This document shows positions 22,192 through 33,499 of a stretch of DNA of 64,000 nucleotides, piece after piece. Every line of letters begins with the position of its first letter. Position 1 is the first letter of the stretch. This DNA comes from Squalus acanthias. Lineage: Eukaryota. The DNA lies in NCBI GenBank assembly GCA_030390025.1, contig CM059431.1, positions 156,986,001 through 157,050,000 of the forward strand. Reading direction: 5' to 3'. The position numbers and the translations under genes are program-made. The notes under the pieces are model-generated. The model made no database searches, was not told where the DNA came from, and saw only the letters and a list, made by a program, of their open reading frames with translations.

Positions 22192-23974
22192 TCAAATAGC
22201 TCCAATTTGCCACAATATTACCGAACAGAACTGACCTCTAAGTCATGCATACTATCGAACTCACAATGGTGCCAACATCAGTTTCTTTACAGTTTTCATT
22301 TGTGCTGGCTGTCCAGCACTCGGTCATGAGTGAGAATATTCTGAACAGTCTGATCCAGAATACCTCTCTTGGGTAATTAAATCAGCATTCCATTGAAAAC
22401 ATCGTTCATTTTCATATTACTTTTACATGATTCTTGAATTAGATGATTTTGTAATATATTAAAATCTTTTGTCTCTACGTACCTACATTATACATTCAGA
22501 TGTCCGCATTTCTAATTGATATTGTGGATCTAGTTCTTACGCGTTAATAACAACCTACGAACAGTGGCGGCGCTGCAGCCCCCAGAAATATCATTGTCCA
22601 GCTCCTTGCCGCGAAATCGCATGGCCTTAAGTGAACTCTACTGATCTGCAAGCTAAATTGTAAATTGCTTTATTAATATGAATCACAAGTAATAGAGATA
22701 CAACAGATTATTATAAAATATAGGACGGAATGCATGCCTTTATAATTGGATTGGAATAAGATCTGCCCACCCCTGGTAATAATTCATCTTCAATTCTGGA
22801 CTTCGATTTCATGGAACTATTCTTGCTCTGAATTACTAAATGTAGGTTTCCAACATCGATCGCAGCAAGCTGAAACTTGGGCTGCGGCATTGAATTCTGT
22901 GATAACAGCCAGCGGCCTAATCACCTCTAGTGGGTGTAGATTGCACACTCCTCCTGATCGTATCGGTCATACCAGCCCTTAAAAACCTTCCAGACCTCGA
23001 GTACCGAATCACTCTATTCGCAGGTATCAAGATGGTTATGGCCATTGAAAGGGTATTGCATCGAACCCTGTCAGACTGTAACTTATCCTCCGAATCCTTC
23101 CACAACTTAACACACAATCTCAGACTTCACCTGATTTTCACTTGAAAAATCTTCTCTATGATTCCAATCTCATTTTGCAACAACTTTTTCAGTTATAATT
23201 TCCTGCGCAGTCATGTGCAGGATAAACATTCCCTTTAATTTGTCACGGTGTAAGATTGGCCTGCAGCCAGTGCTGATACTAGAGCAACTCGATTTAGCAT
23301 CGCCCTGATATTAAGCCTGACCAGCAGAAAAACTGGTTGTTCTACCAACTCTCTTTCGCTAATCACAATATTGCTGTGTGAGTAGATATTTAGCCATCAG
23401 TAAAATCATGGTGTTTTTAAGCTTTTTTCAATAAAACGTGGATATAGGATTTTATAACCTGAAATAATTTGATACGTAAATGAGAGACAATCATGACGAC
23501 TCATTATATGTATGTATTAGCAGGAAATGAGCAAAGGTGTCAGAATTTTAATATATTATTATGCATATACCGATGAGGGTAGTATAGGAGAAATCAGATG
23601 AAGTGGTTGGGAATATGTGAGGTGATTCTGCTTCGGAAAAAAATTGTGCTTCCTGATTTATTAATGTTAAAAGTCAATTAAATTCCTGTCTTATTTCGCA
23701 GGATTTTTTTGACAACCAGTTGGAAAATACTTTCCGAAAACGCAGGAAATATTGGATGATTGTTAAGATAAGACGAAGTAAATTTGAAATCGCACCCTTA
23801 TCTTGGTTGGAGTTACATTATTAGGGGACACCTCATCATTTGTATGTATAAGTTAGAATCATATGTTTTCGATTTTAAGATAAGTTTATTTATTGCTTAT
23901 TTCATTGAAATGTATTTCATCAAAGTTGGATACATATTTGGCACAGTATGTGAAACAATATCTTAGAAAATTCA

Positions 23975-25900
23975 TAGAATCATAGAATCTTACCGCAAAG
24001 AAGGGAAACTACCAGAATGTCGTGCCTGTACCGGCTCTTTGAAAGACCTGTCCAAATTAGTTCCACACCCCAGATTGTTCCCCAGAATCCTGCAAATTAG
24101 TCCTCTTCAAATACAAGTCCAATTGGCTTTTCAAAGTACCTATGTCATCTGATTATACCAGTCTTTCACGTAGTGCATTCTGGATCATAAAAACCCTACA
24201 GTGAAATAACCTCTCCTCATTTCCTATCTTGTTCGTTTGCCAATTATTTTAAAAAGATGACTTCTGCTTAACAAACCACTTACCAAAGAAAATAGTTTCT
24301 CCCTACTTGCTCTACCAAAACCCGTCATAATTTTGAAAACTTCTATTGGTTTCCCCTTAAACGTCTCTGCTCTAAGGAGTGCAATCACAGATTCACCAAT
24401 CTTCCCACCTTACTGAAGTCCCTCATCCCTGGTATCGTTCTGATAAACCTCCTCTGTAACCTCTCCAAGGCCTTAACATCCTGCCTAAAATGATGTGCTC
24501 AGAATTGTGCACAGTGCTCATGCTGAGCCCTAACCAGTTATTTGCATGGCATCCTTGTTTTGTTTTCAATGTCCCTCTTTACAAAGCGCAGTACCACATA
24601 GGCTTTCTTAACTGAACGTTCCCTGACAGCTTTAGAAATTGTGATGTTATACCCCGTGTCCCTCTGCTCTTGCACAATAGTACCGTTTATATTATACTGC
24701 CTCTGCATGTTGTTCGTCCCAATTGCATCACGCCACACTTATCCGCAGTAACTTGCATCGTCCGTGTGTCAGCTAATTACACCAGTCTGTACATGTCCTT
24801 CTGACGTCTTCTACTGTCCTGTTCAGTACTTATTACGTTCCTAAGTTGTGTATCCTCCTCAGACTTCGCAGATGTATCCCTTATAGACAAGTCCAGGTCA
24901 TGTATGTGTAACCATAAAAACAATGGTCCTAATAACAACCCGTGGGGACTCCACTGCATACTTAACTCCAGTCAGAAGAACGGCCGTTCAATGCTAATCT
25001 CTGCCTCCTATCTCTTACTCAGTTAGGTAGAAAGCTACCACCGGCCCTTTAATACCATGTGTTTCAATTTACCGAATAAGTATTTTTTTTCGTACTATAT
25101 CACATGCCTTTTGATAGTCAATATACAAATCTACTGTTGGACTGATTCGCCTGTAGTTACTAGGATTATCCCTCTCCCATTTTTTGAACAGGGATGTAAC
25201 ATTTACAAACCTCCAGTCCTCTGACACCACTCCCATTTCTAAGGAGGACTGAGAGATTGATGTCAAAGGTTCCCGTATCTCCACCCTACCTTCCCTCATA
25301 ACATCGGATGCGCCCCGCATGGTCCGGGTTACTTGTTCACTTTGAGTGATGCCAACCTATCGAGCACCTCCTTTCTATCTATATTTGTCCTTTACATTAT
25401 ATCTACTCCCTTCCTCTGCTGCAACATGTATCGGCCCCACCATTCAATTAACTATCTGTTTACTTTTTATCAGTTCATAAAAGATGTTTCTTGGTTCTAT
25501 TTTATGTTATCCGCTAATCTTTTCTCGTACAATCTCTTTGAACTGTTTACATCTGTTTCTTCAATTTCAAACTGCATTCTCTATATTGTGTCTGGTTTTG
25601 TACAATACTCTGTACCTGACATTTGTCATAAACTTCCACTTTCTGTTTTATTTTAACATCTGTTTCCTTTGTCATCCGGGAACTTTAGCTTTCGAAGCGC
25701 TACCTTTCCTCCTTACGTGAGGATGCTTCATTTGTACCCTTTACATATATATATATCTGCCACGAAGGCCTGCTATTGCTAATTTACTGTTCTCCTGGCC
25801 AATCTTTGTTTCCAGTCCAGCTAAGCTAGATCCCTTCTCAAATCACTGAACTTGGTTCTCTCCCAGGTGTGTACTTTCACCTTTGCATCCCTTTGATACT
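23975..25900 (-). mobile_element. Old degenerate CR1 LINE
   Basis: catagaatcatagaat tail at the left; peptides EDWRFVNVTSLFKK.ERDNPSNYR, LLGPLFLW..IHDLD, VKKAY.VL.FVKR.IE.K. Confidence 0.8.
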
Positions 25901-26511
25901 TTCCATAACAACTTTAAATATATGAAAATAAAATATAAAACGAGTTTAGGTTGAAGAAGGTTCAATTAATTAAGAAAGGGAATAATATGTTCTAATAAAT
26001 CTTGTTACCCAATACAGTTAAAAAATAACGGCAAATGAATCGATAATATTGACACATCGATCTCAAAGACGACATTAAGGGAAGCAGTGGATAGTCAGAA
26101 TGTCTGAGCTCTTCACTCCTTGAATGTACAGAGAAGGTGAGCAGGGCGATTAATGCGGGTTAAACCCGACACACTTGTTGCATTTAAAGTAATCAGTGAG
26201 AGGTTTTGTATTAAAAGAATCCTTTCATTATTTGGGTCACGGTTCACGCTCCCAGTATCTCTATGTTCAATGTTGACACGGCCTCCCTGCCCCCACCAGT
26301 CGGTACCCGTGAGTTTAATTCCACCCCCCCCCACCCCCGACATTACACAGTTCCTATTGTGTGTGTTTTTGTTCATCTGAGCACCTCCCGACAACGTGAA
26401 AAAAATTGACCTGATTCTAATGAGTATAACCGGGAAAAATACTTTAAAAATTTACATAAAACAGTCTTCATGGTAAACAATCCTTCATTCTTTAAGTACA
26501 GTGAAATTATC

Positions 26512-26572
26512 CTATATATTGATTGACGTCAGAATTTGATTATCTTCTGCAATGAGCTGATTGTGTATTAAC
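26512..26572 (-). pseudogene. NLR terminal LRR exon
   Basis: tttttcag acceptor, phase 2, (R)LIHNQLIAEDNQILTSINI*. Confidence 0.6.
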
Positions 26573-26814
26573 CTGAAAAAATATTAAGAAAGCGACAAAT
26601 ATTATCAATAGGAAGTATTCTGTTGCCTGTGAATAGTGATATCGTGAGATTCATTCAAAACAAACCTTTTTACTCGTATGATCGACACAATTTCTCAAGA
26701 AAAAAATGAGTTTATTAATTTTCCATTAAAAGTTCAGTTATTAAGTAAAATATGAAAATATATTTTAAACGTCAAAGAACATAAAAATAATAAATAGTTA
26801 ACACGGAAACTCAC

Positions 26815-27006
26815 CTGATTTCCTTGAGATTAGCTCTATTCCGGATGAGACTGCGCAATGCCGGAACATGCTTGTCTGTCAATCTGTTGGCCTGTTCGCC
26901 ATCCTGATTATCGTTACTGAGATCCAGCTCCATTAGTGAACGGTTTACACGGAGAGCAGAGAGCAGACTTTCCACACAATCATCAGTGAGACCATTAGTT
27001 TTTAAC
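26815..27006 (-). pseudogene. NLR LRR exon (192 nt)
   Basis: cactgcag| LKTNGLTDDCVESLLSALRVNRSLMELDLSN...NRLTDKHVPALRSLIRNRANLKEIR |gtgag; phase 2-2. Confidence 0.9.
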
Positions 27007-27276
27007 CTGCAGTGATCGAAAAATAAACAGAGGTTACATAAGAAACACACAGTCACGTTAAATTTTCGCAACTTGAAAATGTTTACTGTGGAATTCCAAA
27101 ATCACGTGCAGAATCCTGTTCCTGATGTCTGCATGACTTCCCGCTTTCTAAATGACTTCTGCCTTAAGGTAAATTGATTAGCGAGATTGACTGATCATCA
27201 TTAACACAGTAATTATTTATATTATACATAGATAACTCTCTAGTGGTGCTGTTCGATATTTTTCAAAATTACTCAC

Positions 27277-27363
27277 TCAAGTCTCATCATTTTACAATCA
27301 TTTTTCTTCAGAACTCCAGAGAGCCGTTTTACTCCCGAATTTCCCAGTATATTCTCATTGAGT
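27277..27363 (-). pseudogene. NLR LRR exon (87 nt; not in the ORF track)
   Basis: tttttag| LNENILGNSGVKRLSGVLKKNDCKMMRL |gtgagt; RI-type LRR, phase 2-2. Confidence 0.9.
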
Positions 27364-28250
27364 CTAAAAACAAATGAATAAAATCATTAATGGATATTGA
27401 ATAAAGTAACAGACAGGACATTTTATCAATTAATAATATATTTGACGTGGGAAACTTTGGAAATCCAAGAATATAATACACATAATTCCAGTTCAAATCT
27501 ATGATGTGAATTAGCACATGTAGTAAATCAATGGCAATCACAGACTGTGGTTGTTTAACTGGAAGTAACTCGAATGCCCGTGGTCAAGTGTTAACCAATC
27601 ACTGTACAACGGTTACATGTAAAGAAGGCACTGAGCAGTTGGCAGTTTACATGCTGTAAACTGGTGGTCTGTAACGAGGAGGAATCCCCAACAAAATGTC
27701 TCTCACAAGACAATTCCCTTCATCAAAAGGAGAATTTAGGGTAAAATTAGGGATCGTCCTTCCAACCTTGTCTCTATTTGAGGAAAGTTATCTATTTGAC
27801 GCACTGAGTTTCAAAATGCACTTAAATCATTCTCAAGTCTATTGGAGAATCCACTGATGTGGATTATAACAGATCGCTCGAATGTGCATAAGAACAGGTG
27901 GAGAGACATTCCCTCTCATTTTTCATCTCTCCCGACCTCTGATGATGCCTTGTAACAGCAGTGCCGCTAGAAAGAGCACTCAGAAGTTGAGGAATGGCAG
28001 ACACGAACCCACATGGAACTGTCTCAGTTGGTATCATTGTGCTCAACAACAACGTTATTAGTTCCGCAAATTCGATCATATCGAAGAATTGGGTATTTTC
28101 TAACGATACATCAATAACTCGCTTGTAAATGAATCAAACGTTGTTTACAGTTTTAAAAAAAAGAGAACATTTTCTTATTGATCATGATCCAGTGGCTAAA
28201 GTGTGGTTAATCAGAGGACGCAGACTGAAGGAAATTGCGATAAAAAGCCA

Positions 28251-28712
28251 TATAGAAACACAGAAACATAGAAGATAGGAGCAGGAGTAGGCCATTCGGC
28301 CCCTCTAGCCTTCTCCGCCATTCAATGCGATCATGGCTGATCATCCAAATTCAGAACCCTGTCCCTGCTTTCTCCCCATATCCCTTGATCCCTTTAGCCT
28401 TAAGAAATATATCCAACTCCTTCTTGAATAAATTTAATGAATTGGCCTCTACTGCCTTCTGTGGAAGAAGAGGAAAAACAACACGCCAACGGGTTATGAT
28501 GAGCCGAAATGCACTTTCTGAAAGGCTGGAGGAAGCAGATTCAATAGTAACTTTCAAAAGGGAACTGGATAAATACTCGAAGGAGATAAATTGCAGGGCA
28601 ATGGAGAAACAGCTGGGAGTGGGACTAAATGGATAGCTCTTTCGAAAAAAACAGAACAGGCACGATGGGCTGAACGTGCTCCTTCTGTGCTGTAAGATTC
28701 TGCGATTCTGTG
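28251..28712. mobile_element. Two CR1 3' ends joined back to back (minus 28251-28465, plus about 28490-28712)
   Basis: Left: atagaaac tail plus LFKKELDIFLKAKGIKGYGEKAG on minus. Right: WN-like/ADSIVTFKRELDKY on plus ending gattctgtga. Confidence 0.7.
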
Positions 28713-29061
28713 AAATGATGTTATATCCCAATACAAATCTAATATATGGTGACTAAGATGATGTCTTACTGATTAATCCAGAATCCCCCGTGGTGCGAAA
28801 AGTGCGTAATTTTCGGATGTAATGTTGTCAACACTCAATCTGATTTAATTAAATGAGCACCAAAGCTTTTTCAGCTATTACCAGAACAGACACGCCGCAG
28901 CCGTCTCTTACCATACCATTTTGTACATCAGAAAATGAAATGAGAGAATGTGCCCATTAATTGATCGAATTCAGTATATGTTTTGTTTTAAGTAATATTA
29001 TGCCACATGCCAGTAAAACAGTTATTGTTTATAATGTTATTGATCGATTTGGATGAATTAC

Positions 29062-30781
29062 CTGAGTATTTTACATTTGTGTAGCACGGGCTCCAGCTGA
29101 TGGATGCCTTCATCTTGTACACCACAGCTACAGAGATTCAGCTCTTCCAAGACTTCAACGGCCATTAATGCGCTTGAAAGGATTGCATAGTCAGAAGGTT
29201 TAAGATGACACTGTGTGAATGTCATTGTCTTCATCGGTGTTAACGCGGCCTTCATCTGTTTTAAGTTGCCAAATTCAAGAAAATAATGTAATATCTTGAA
29301 GAATGTCCTTTGGCTTTGCCCATCTTCCAAGTCCTGTACATATCTTCTGACATTTTCTGTGAGCCAATCCGACACACACTGGAATGCTTCAGAAGGAAAT
29401 GTCCCCAAATTTCTTTCAAGCTGATAAGTTGAATTCCTTGAGGAAAGAACAACAAGAAACCGTGAAAATGTTTCAAATCTGTCGTCAGTGCACGCGTGCC
29501 ATTCTTTGAGCAATCGTGTCATGCCATTTTGTGGTGTGCTTACACATTTCATGAGTGCAGCGACAAAGTCCTGCATACCGGAGTGAGTGAATGTGTAGAC
29601 ATCACTGCACAGCATTTCGTCTCGAATCTCCATTATAAACGCAGAGATAAAATTGGAAAGTTCGAGTCTGTGGTAATTGATTTGTTCTTTCTTGAACACA
29701 ACGGTTTTGTTGCAAGCTCCCTTGTACGCTAACTCGCCCAGTTTCAGCACCGTGTCGTGAGAGGTTTCCGCGTCACAGCCGCATCTCTCCAAAAGGATTG
29801 CGACGTACGCGGAGAACACCTGTGTGCTGGTTATGATGGAGAATGGTCTCCCCCGCGCTCCTTGTGCCCGGTGTGACTCGAATAATGAAGCGAGGACCGA
29901 GCAGTACAGAGGGTTGTAGCACATGGTGTAGATTGTGTCATTCTGCTCAATGTACTCTGTTACATCTGTCGCAAACTGGTCACCTCCAAAATAACGGCGA
30001 AAATATATTTTTTTTGTATCAGAGGTGAAACCCAGGATTTCTACCGTTGGAATTATGTTTGCCTTTTCCAGAGACTCCAGCTTCCACGGCCGGCTTGTGA
30101 TCAGTACTGAGCAGCCTCTGAGCAGCTCCCCCTGTATGAGACAGCGAACGATGTCTGACACATCACAGCAGCACTCGGGATCGAAACGCTGATATTGGGG
30201 GTCGTTTTTTCTCTGAAGATCTGTGAAATCGATGGGTTTCCGAAATTCATCTAAATCATCAAACATGAACAATATGTTTCCGGGTTCTTTCCACAGAAGT
30301 TCCAACTCAGTTTCGAAATCGGGGTAGGAATCCAGGATCAGGCTATTTAGACTTGTTTTTTCTTTTATTAAATTCAATTTTTTTACTTTAAAATGAAAGA
30401 CAACTTTAAACTGTTGGTATATTTTCCCTGCGGCCTAGTCACTGATTATCTTCTGTATCATGGTGCTTTTCCCAATCCCTGCGGCCCCAATTACCGCAGT
30501 TGTCCCTGTCCTGCCTGTTTTAGCGAAACTCAGCAACTGATCCAGCTCAATCGCTTCCAGTTCATTCACGATGTTTTTCCGATGTAATTCTTCAAGCTCT
30601 CTACCTCGGGCCTTCAGTTCATTTTCTACTTGTCTCAGCTCAAGCAGGGACGCAACAATCGTTGCATTAGTATATTTTTCATCCAGAGAAAATCTTCGAG
30701 ATCTTTCTTTTCCTTCAGTGCTTTTGACTGTTATTTTCTCGTTCTGTTTGCAGAGAAAGTCTTTGTGCTGTCGTTCTAACT
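29062..30781 (-). pseudogene. NLR FISNA-NACHT exon with premature stop
   Basis: ...SLDEKYTNATIV...VENELKARGRE...TAVIGAAGIGKSTMIQKIISD*AAGKIYQQF..VFHFK; Walker A 30465-30488; Walker B ILFMFDDLDEF; LLRGCSVLITSRP; CYNPLYC; YTFTHSGMQDFVAA; ends HKCKILR|gtaa. Confidence 0.95.
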
Positions 30782-31136
30782 CTTGAATATGAACAACGTC
30801 ATTGGTGTAGTCATTGTAAATCAGGAGGTAAGTATTTAACAGATCAGTGCTATAATGAAGAATCTAATCGTCAAGAAATATAAAAAAATATCTAAAATAT
30901 CTCAGCAATGAGTGATTCCTTAATTAATTTACAGTTTATTGCAATAGACACTCATAGAATAAAAAAAAAAGTAGCTTTTCAATAGTACCTGGAAAATGTA
31001 ACATGCAGCAAGCTTGAGGATTGTGTGACGTTTGCTGTTTTGATTTTCAACTTCTGGTAATGAAGATTTCTAAACTTCGATATAAATTGCAAAGTACATC
31101 TTGCTGGTATTTTATGTTCACAGGTCAATTTGAGTT

Positions 31137-31490
31137 ATGAACGACTCCTGCTTTCGTCGTGCAACAAACAATGTTGGGGACACGCGGGTCTCAGCAGAAA
31201 ACGAGTTCGTTCATTATATTCTAACCCCGGGGATTCCATTCGTTCTGATTCTGCTTTTCAATGCTTTAACCGTTAGACACATTTTAGTGGCCAGCGGAGC
31301 CCGCAGGAGACTCCGGGGTTAGAGCAGTGGGGAGAATCGCAGAGACCCAGAGATGGAAAGCCGAAGGAAATCCATAATGTTACTTCCTGTTATGTCGGGT
31401 AATTACATTTTATTATGGACTGTCTTTATGGTGCATTATATTTGGTGGCAAATGTGTTTTTTTGCGTTTCAGTCTGTATTACTACCTAGT
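31137..31490 (+). pseudogene. GPR139-like class A GPCR fragment (TM5-ICL3-TM6), antisense within NLR intron
   Basis: EFVHYILTPGIPFVLILLFNALTVRHILVASGARRRLRG*SSGENRRDPEMESRRKSIMLL..MSGNYILLWTVFMV; DPEMESRRKSI is typical of the elasmobranch-expanded GPR139-like receptors (recalled, not searched). Confidence 0.8.
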
Positions 31491-32365
31491 TATTTTACAA
31501 GCAGTTTGCTATTCTTTTCTATATATATCTAAACAAACAATAAAATATTTACATGTACATATACATAAAATACAGATGTACACATACATTGCTATCAATA
31601 TATGAATTTACCATATTTTGAATCGCAGTGGAGATTTCTTACACCCATAGATACTGATAATGTCAATGGTGAAACCTCCGCTCCAAACAGGTAAACTAAT
31701 TATGAGACCAGCGCATGACAGAAACGACATTAAGTCAGGCCGGCCGGTATTCAGTTCCATTGGTCAATGGAAAGCAACATCGGACTGAGTACATAACGGG
31801 AGTCAGATGTAATACCGCCCGTGTTGCTTCCCCGCCCAATTCAATTTTGACCCACATGATGTTAAACTATCCAATTTCACAATAAGTCACAATCAGTCTG
31901 CTTACCTATATGCACTGCCACGTTGATGTATGACCAATTTGCATTTCGATAAGTTTACTGAAATATGGCATGTAAATTTTGCGATGTCAATAATGTTTTG
32001 TGAAACAAGTGGAAATAATCCGTAGTGACCTCATTATATTTTATCTCATTGTTTGGTTCTTTTGTAATTATAAATTTGTCAAATATAATTGATACGGGGT
32101 GAAATTGGCCATGGGCGGTGGACGAAAACTAGTGGTATTGTATCCACCGCGTGTTATAAGCTTCGCACAATTTTCAGATCCAATGACTTTAATAGAACGG
32201 ATAATCTGCCGTGTGTTAATACGGTCGGAAATGCGATTCTGCCTGTTTTGCGTCCCTGCCCCTGACGTACATCACCCTCACAAAATTTAAGTTAAAATCA
32301 ATTTCTCGTCATAAATAATAATCATTGTTATTTTGACGGTTAAATTAGATTCGGATACCACCTAC

Positions 32366-32565
32366 CTTCTAGATCATTTTTTTCCCTCTGTATCTCTGGT
32401 CAGCATCTCTAACAATGTCGCTTTCAATTTGGGGTTTGTTTTCTGCAGTTGCAAAAAAATGCTAAAGATTTCTCTTTCTCCCCGAGCTCCCTTTTCCAGC
32501 GCGGCATTGAAAATGAATTGGGAGGCATCGTTTCTGCGTTGACTTTCAGATAAAGTTATGATTGT
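32366..32565 (-). pseudogene. NLR CARD-like exon 2
   Basis: ttttag| phase 0 TIITLSESQRRNDASQFIFNAALEKGARGEREIFSIFLQLQKTNPKLKATLLEMLTR...; in-frame TGA before the AAG|GTAGGT donor. Confidence 0.75.
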
Positions 32566-32729
32566 CTAAAAATAAAATATATTGCAATCATATATAGCGA
32601 AGTAATTTTCGTTATCGGAAAGGAAGCGTTTTTTTTCTCAGAATCGGGTGTTAATGTAGAAAACACTTAAATGCATCATTAGTGAGACGGAGGTCGTGAA
32701 ATACATTGAAAATTAAGTAGAAACTATAA

Positions 32730-33040
32730 GAACTCACGTAGCAGAGCGTCCCACGGTGCTTCAGAGGATTATTACCAAACAAAATTTGACATCAAGCCTC
32801 AGAAGTAGATAATCGGACAGATGAAAAAAGCTTGGTCACAGAGATAAATTTTAAAGAGAGTCTTAGAGAAGAGAGAGTTAGAGATTCAGAGAGGTTTAGG
32901 GAGGGAATTCCAGAACTTAGGGTCTAAACCGCTGAATGCACGGCAGGCAATGGTGGAGCTCTGAAAATGGGGGATGCACAAGAGGCCTGAATCGGACGAG
33001 CGCCGGGATCTCGACAGGATTCTAGGATTGGAATATGGTT
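32730..33040 (-). mobile_element. L2 LINE 3' fragment
   Basis: Reverse of the L2 segment at 56820-57030 (ggaattccctc..taaacc.ctc). Confidence 0.6.
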
Positions 33041-33232
33041 ACATAAATAGAAAGGACAAGCGTTGAGTCACCCAGGTCGCCTGGATTTTCTGTCATTATA
33101 TCCAGGCACTTTATCTCCCAATCCTGACCTTATATACGGCATGATGTGGAGATGCCGGCGTTGGACTGGGGTGGACAAAAATGAGAAGTCGCACAACACC
33201 AGGTTATAGTCCAACAGATTTATTTAATTTTA

Positions 33233-33265
33233 TAAGCTTTCGGAGCGGTTCGCTCCTTCCTCAGG
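33233..33265 (-). ncRNA. Minimal hammerhead ribozyme motif
   Basis: CUGAGGA-A-GGAGCG(AAC)CGCUCC-GAAAGCUUA on minus: intact core, 6-bp stem II, palindromic AAGCUU stem III. Confidence 0.7.
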
Positions 33266-33499
33266 ATGGGTAGCAGTGAGAGAATCTCCCAGAATTCACA
33301 ATATAAACACAGAGAAAATCTATTTAAATCTTTCCCTACATCAAAGACACACTAAGAGCACAGCCAAGACAATGAGATGTGTCCCAGGGGGTCCAACGTG
33401 TCAAAACACCTGCTGGCTGCATATCCTGTCAATTTGTGTTGGTTCTTGTGTTAGTCTTTTTAAAAAAAAACACCTGGAAAGACCGGCCGTGATGTCAAG

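Noticed and set aside
29058..30377. 439-aa ORF as a complete NACHT protein
   Set aside because: Starts at a TTG downstream of Walker A; it is the 3' part of an exon broken by a stop and ends at a splice donor.
31670..32290. Short palindromic MITE-like relics (also about 35700-35930, 53985-54160, 55470-55670, 57790-57897)
   Set aside because: Too degraded to define termini or TSDs by eye.
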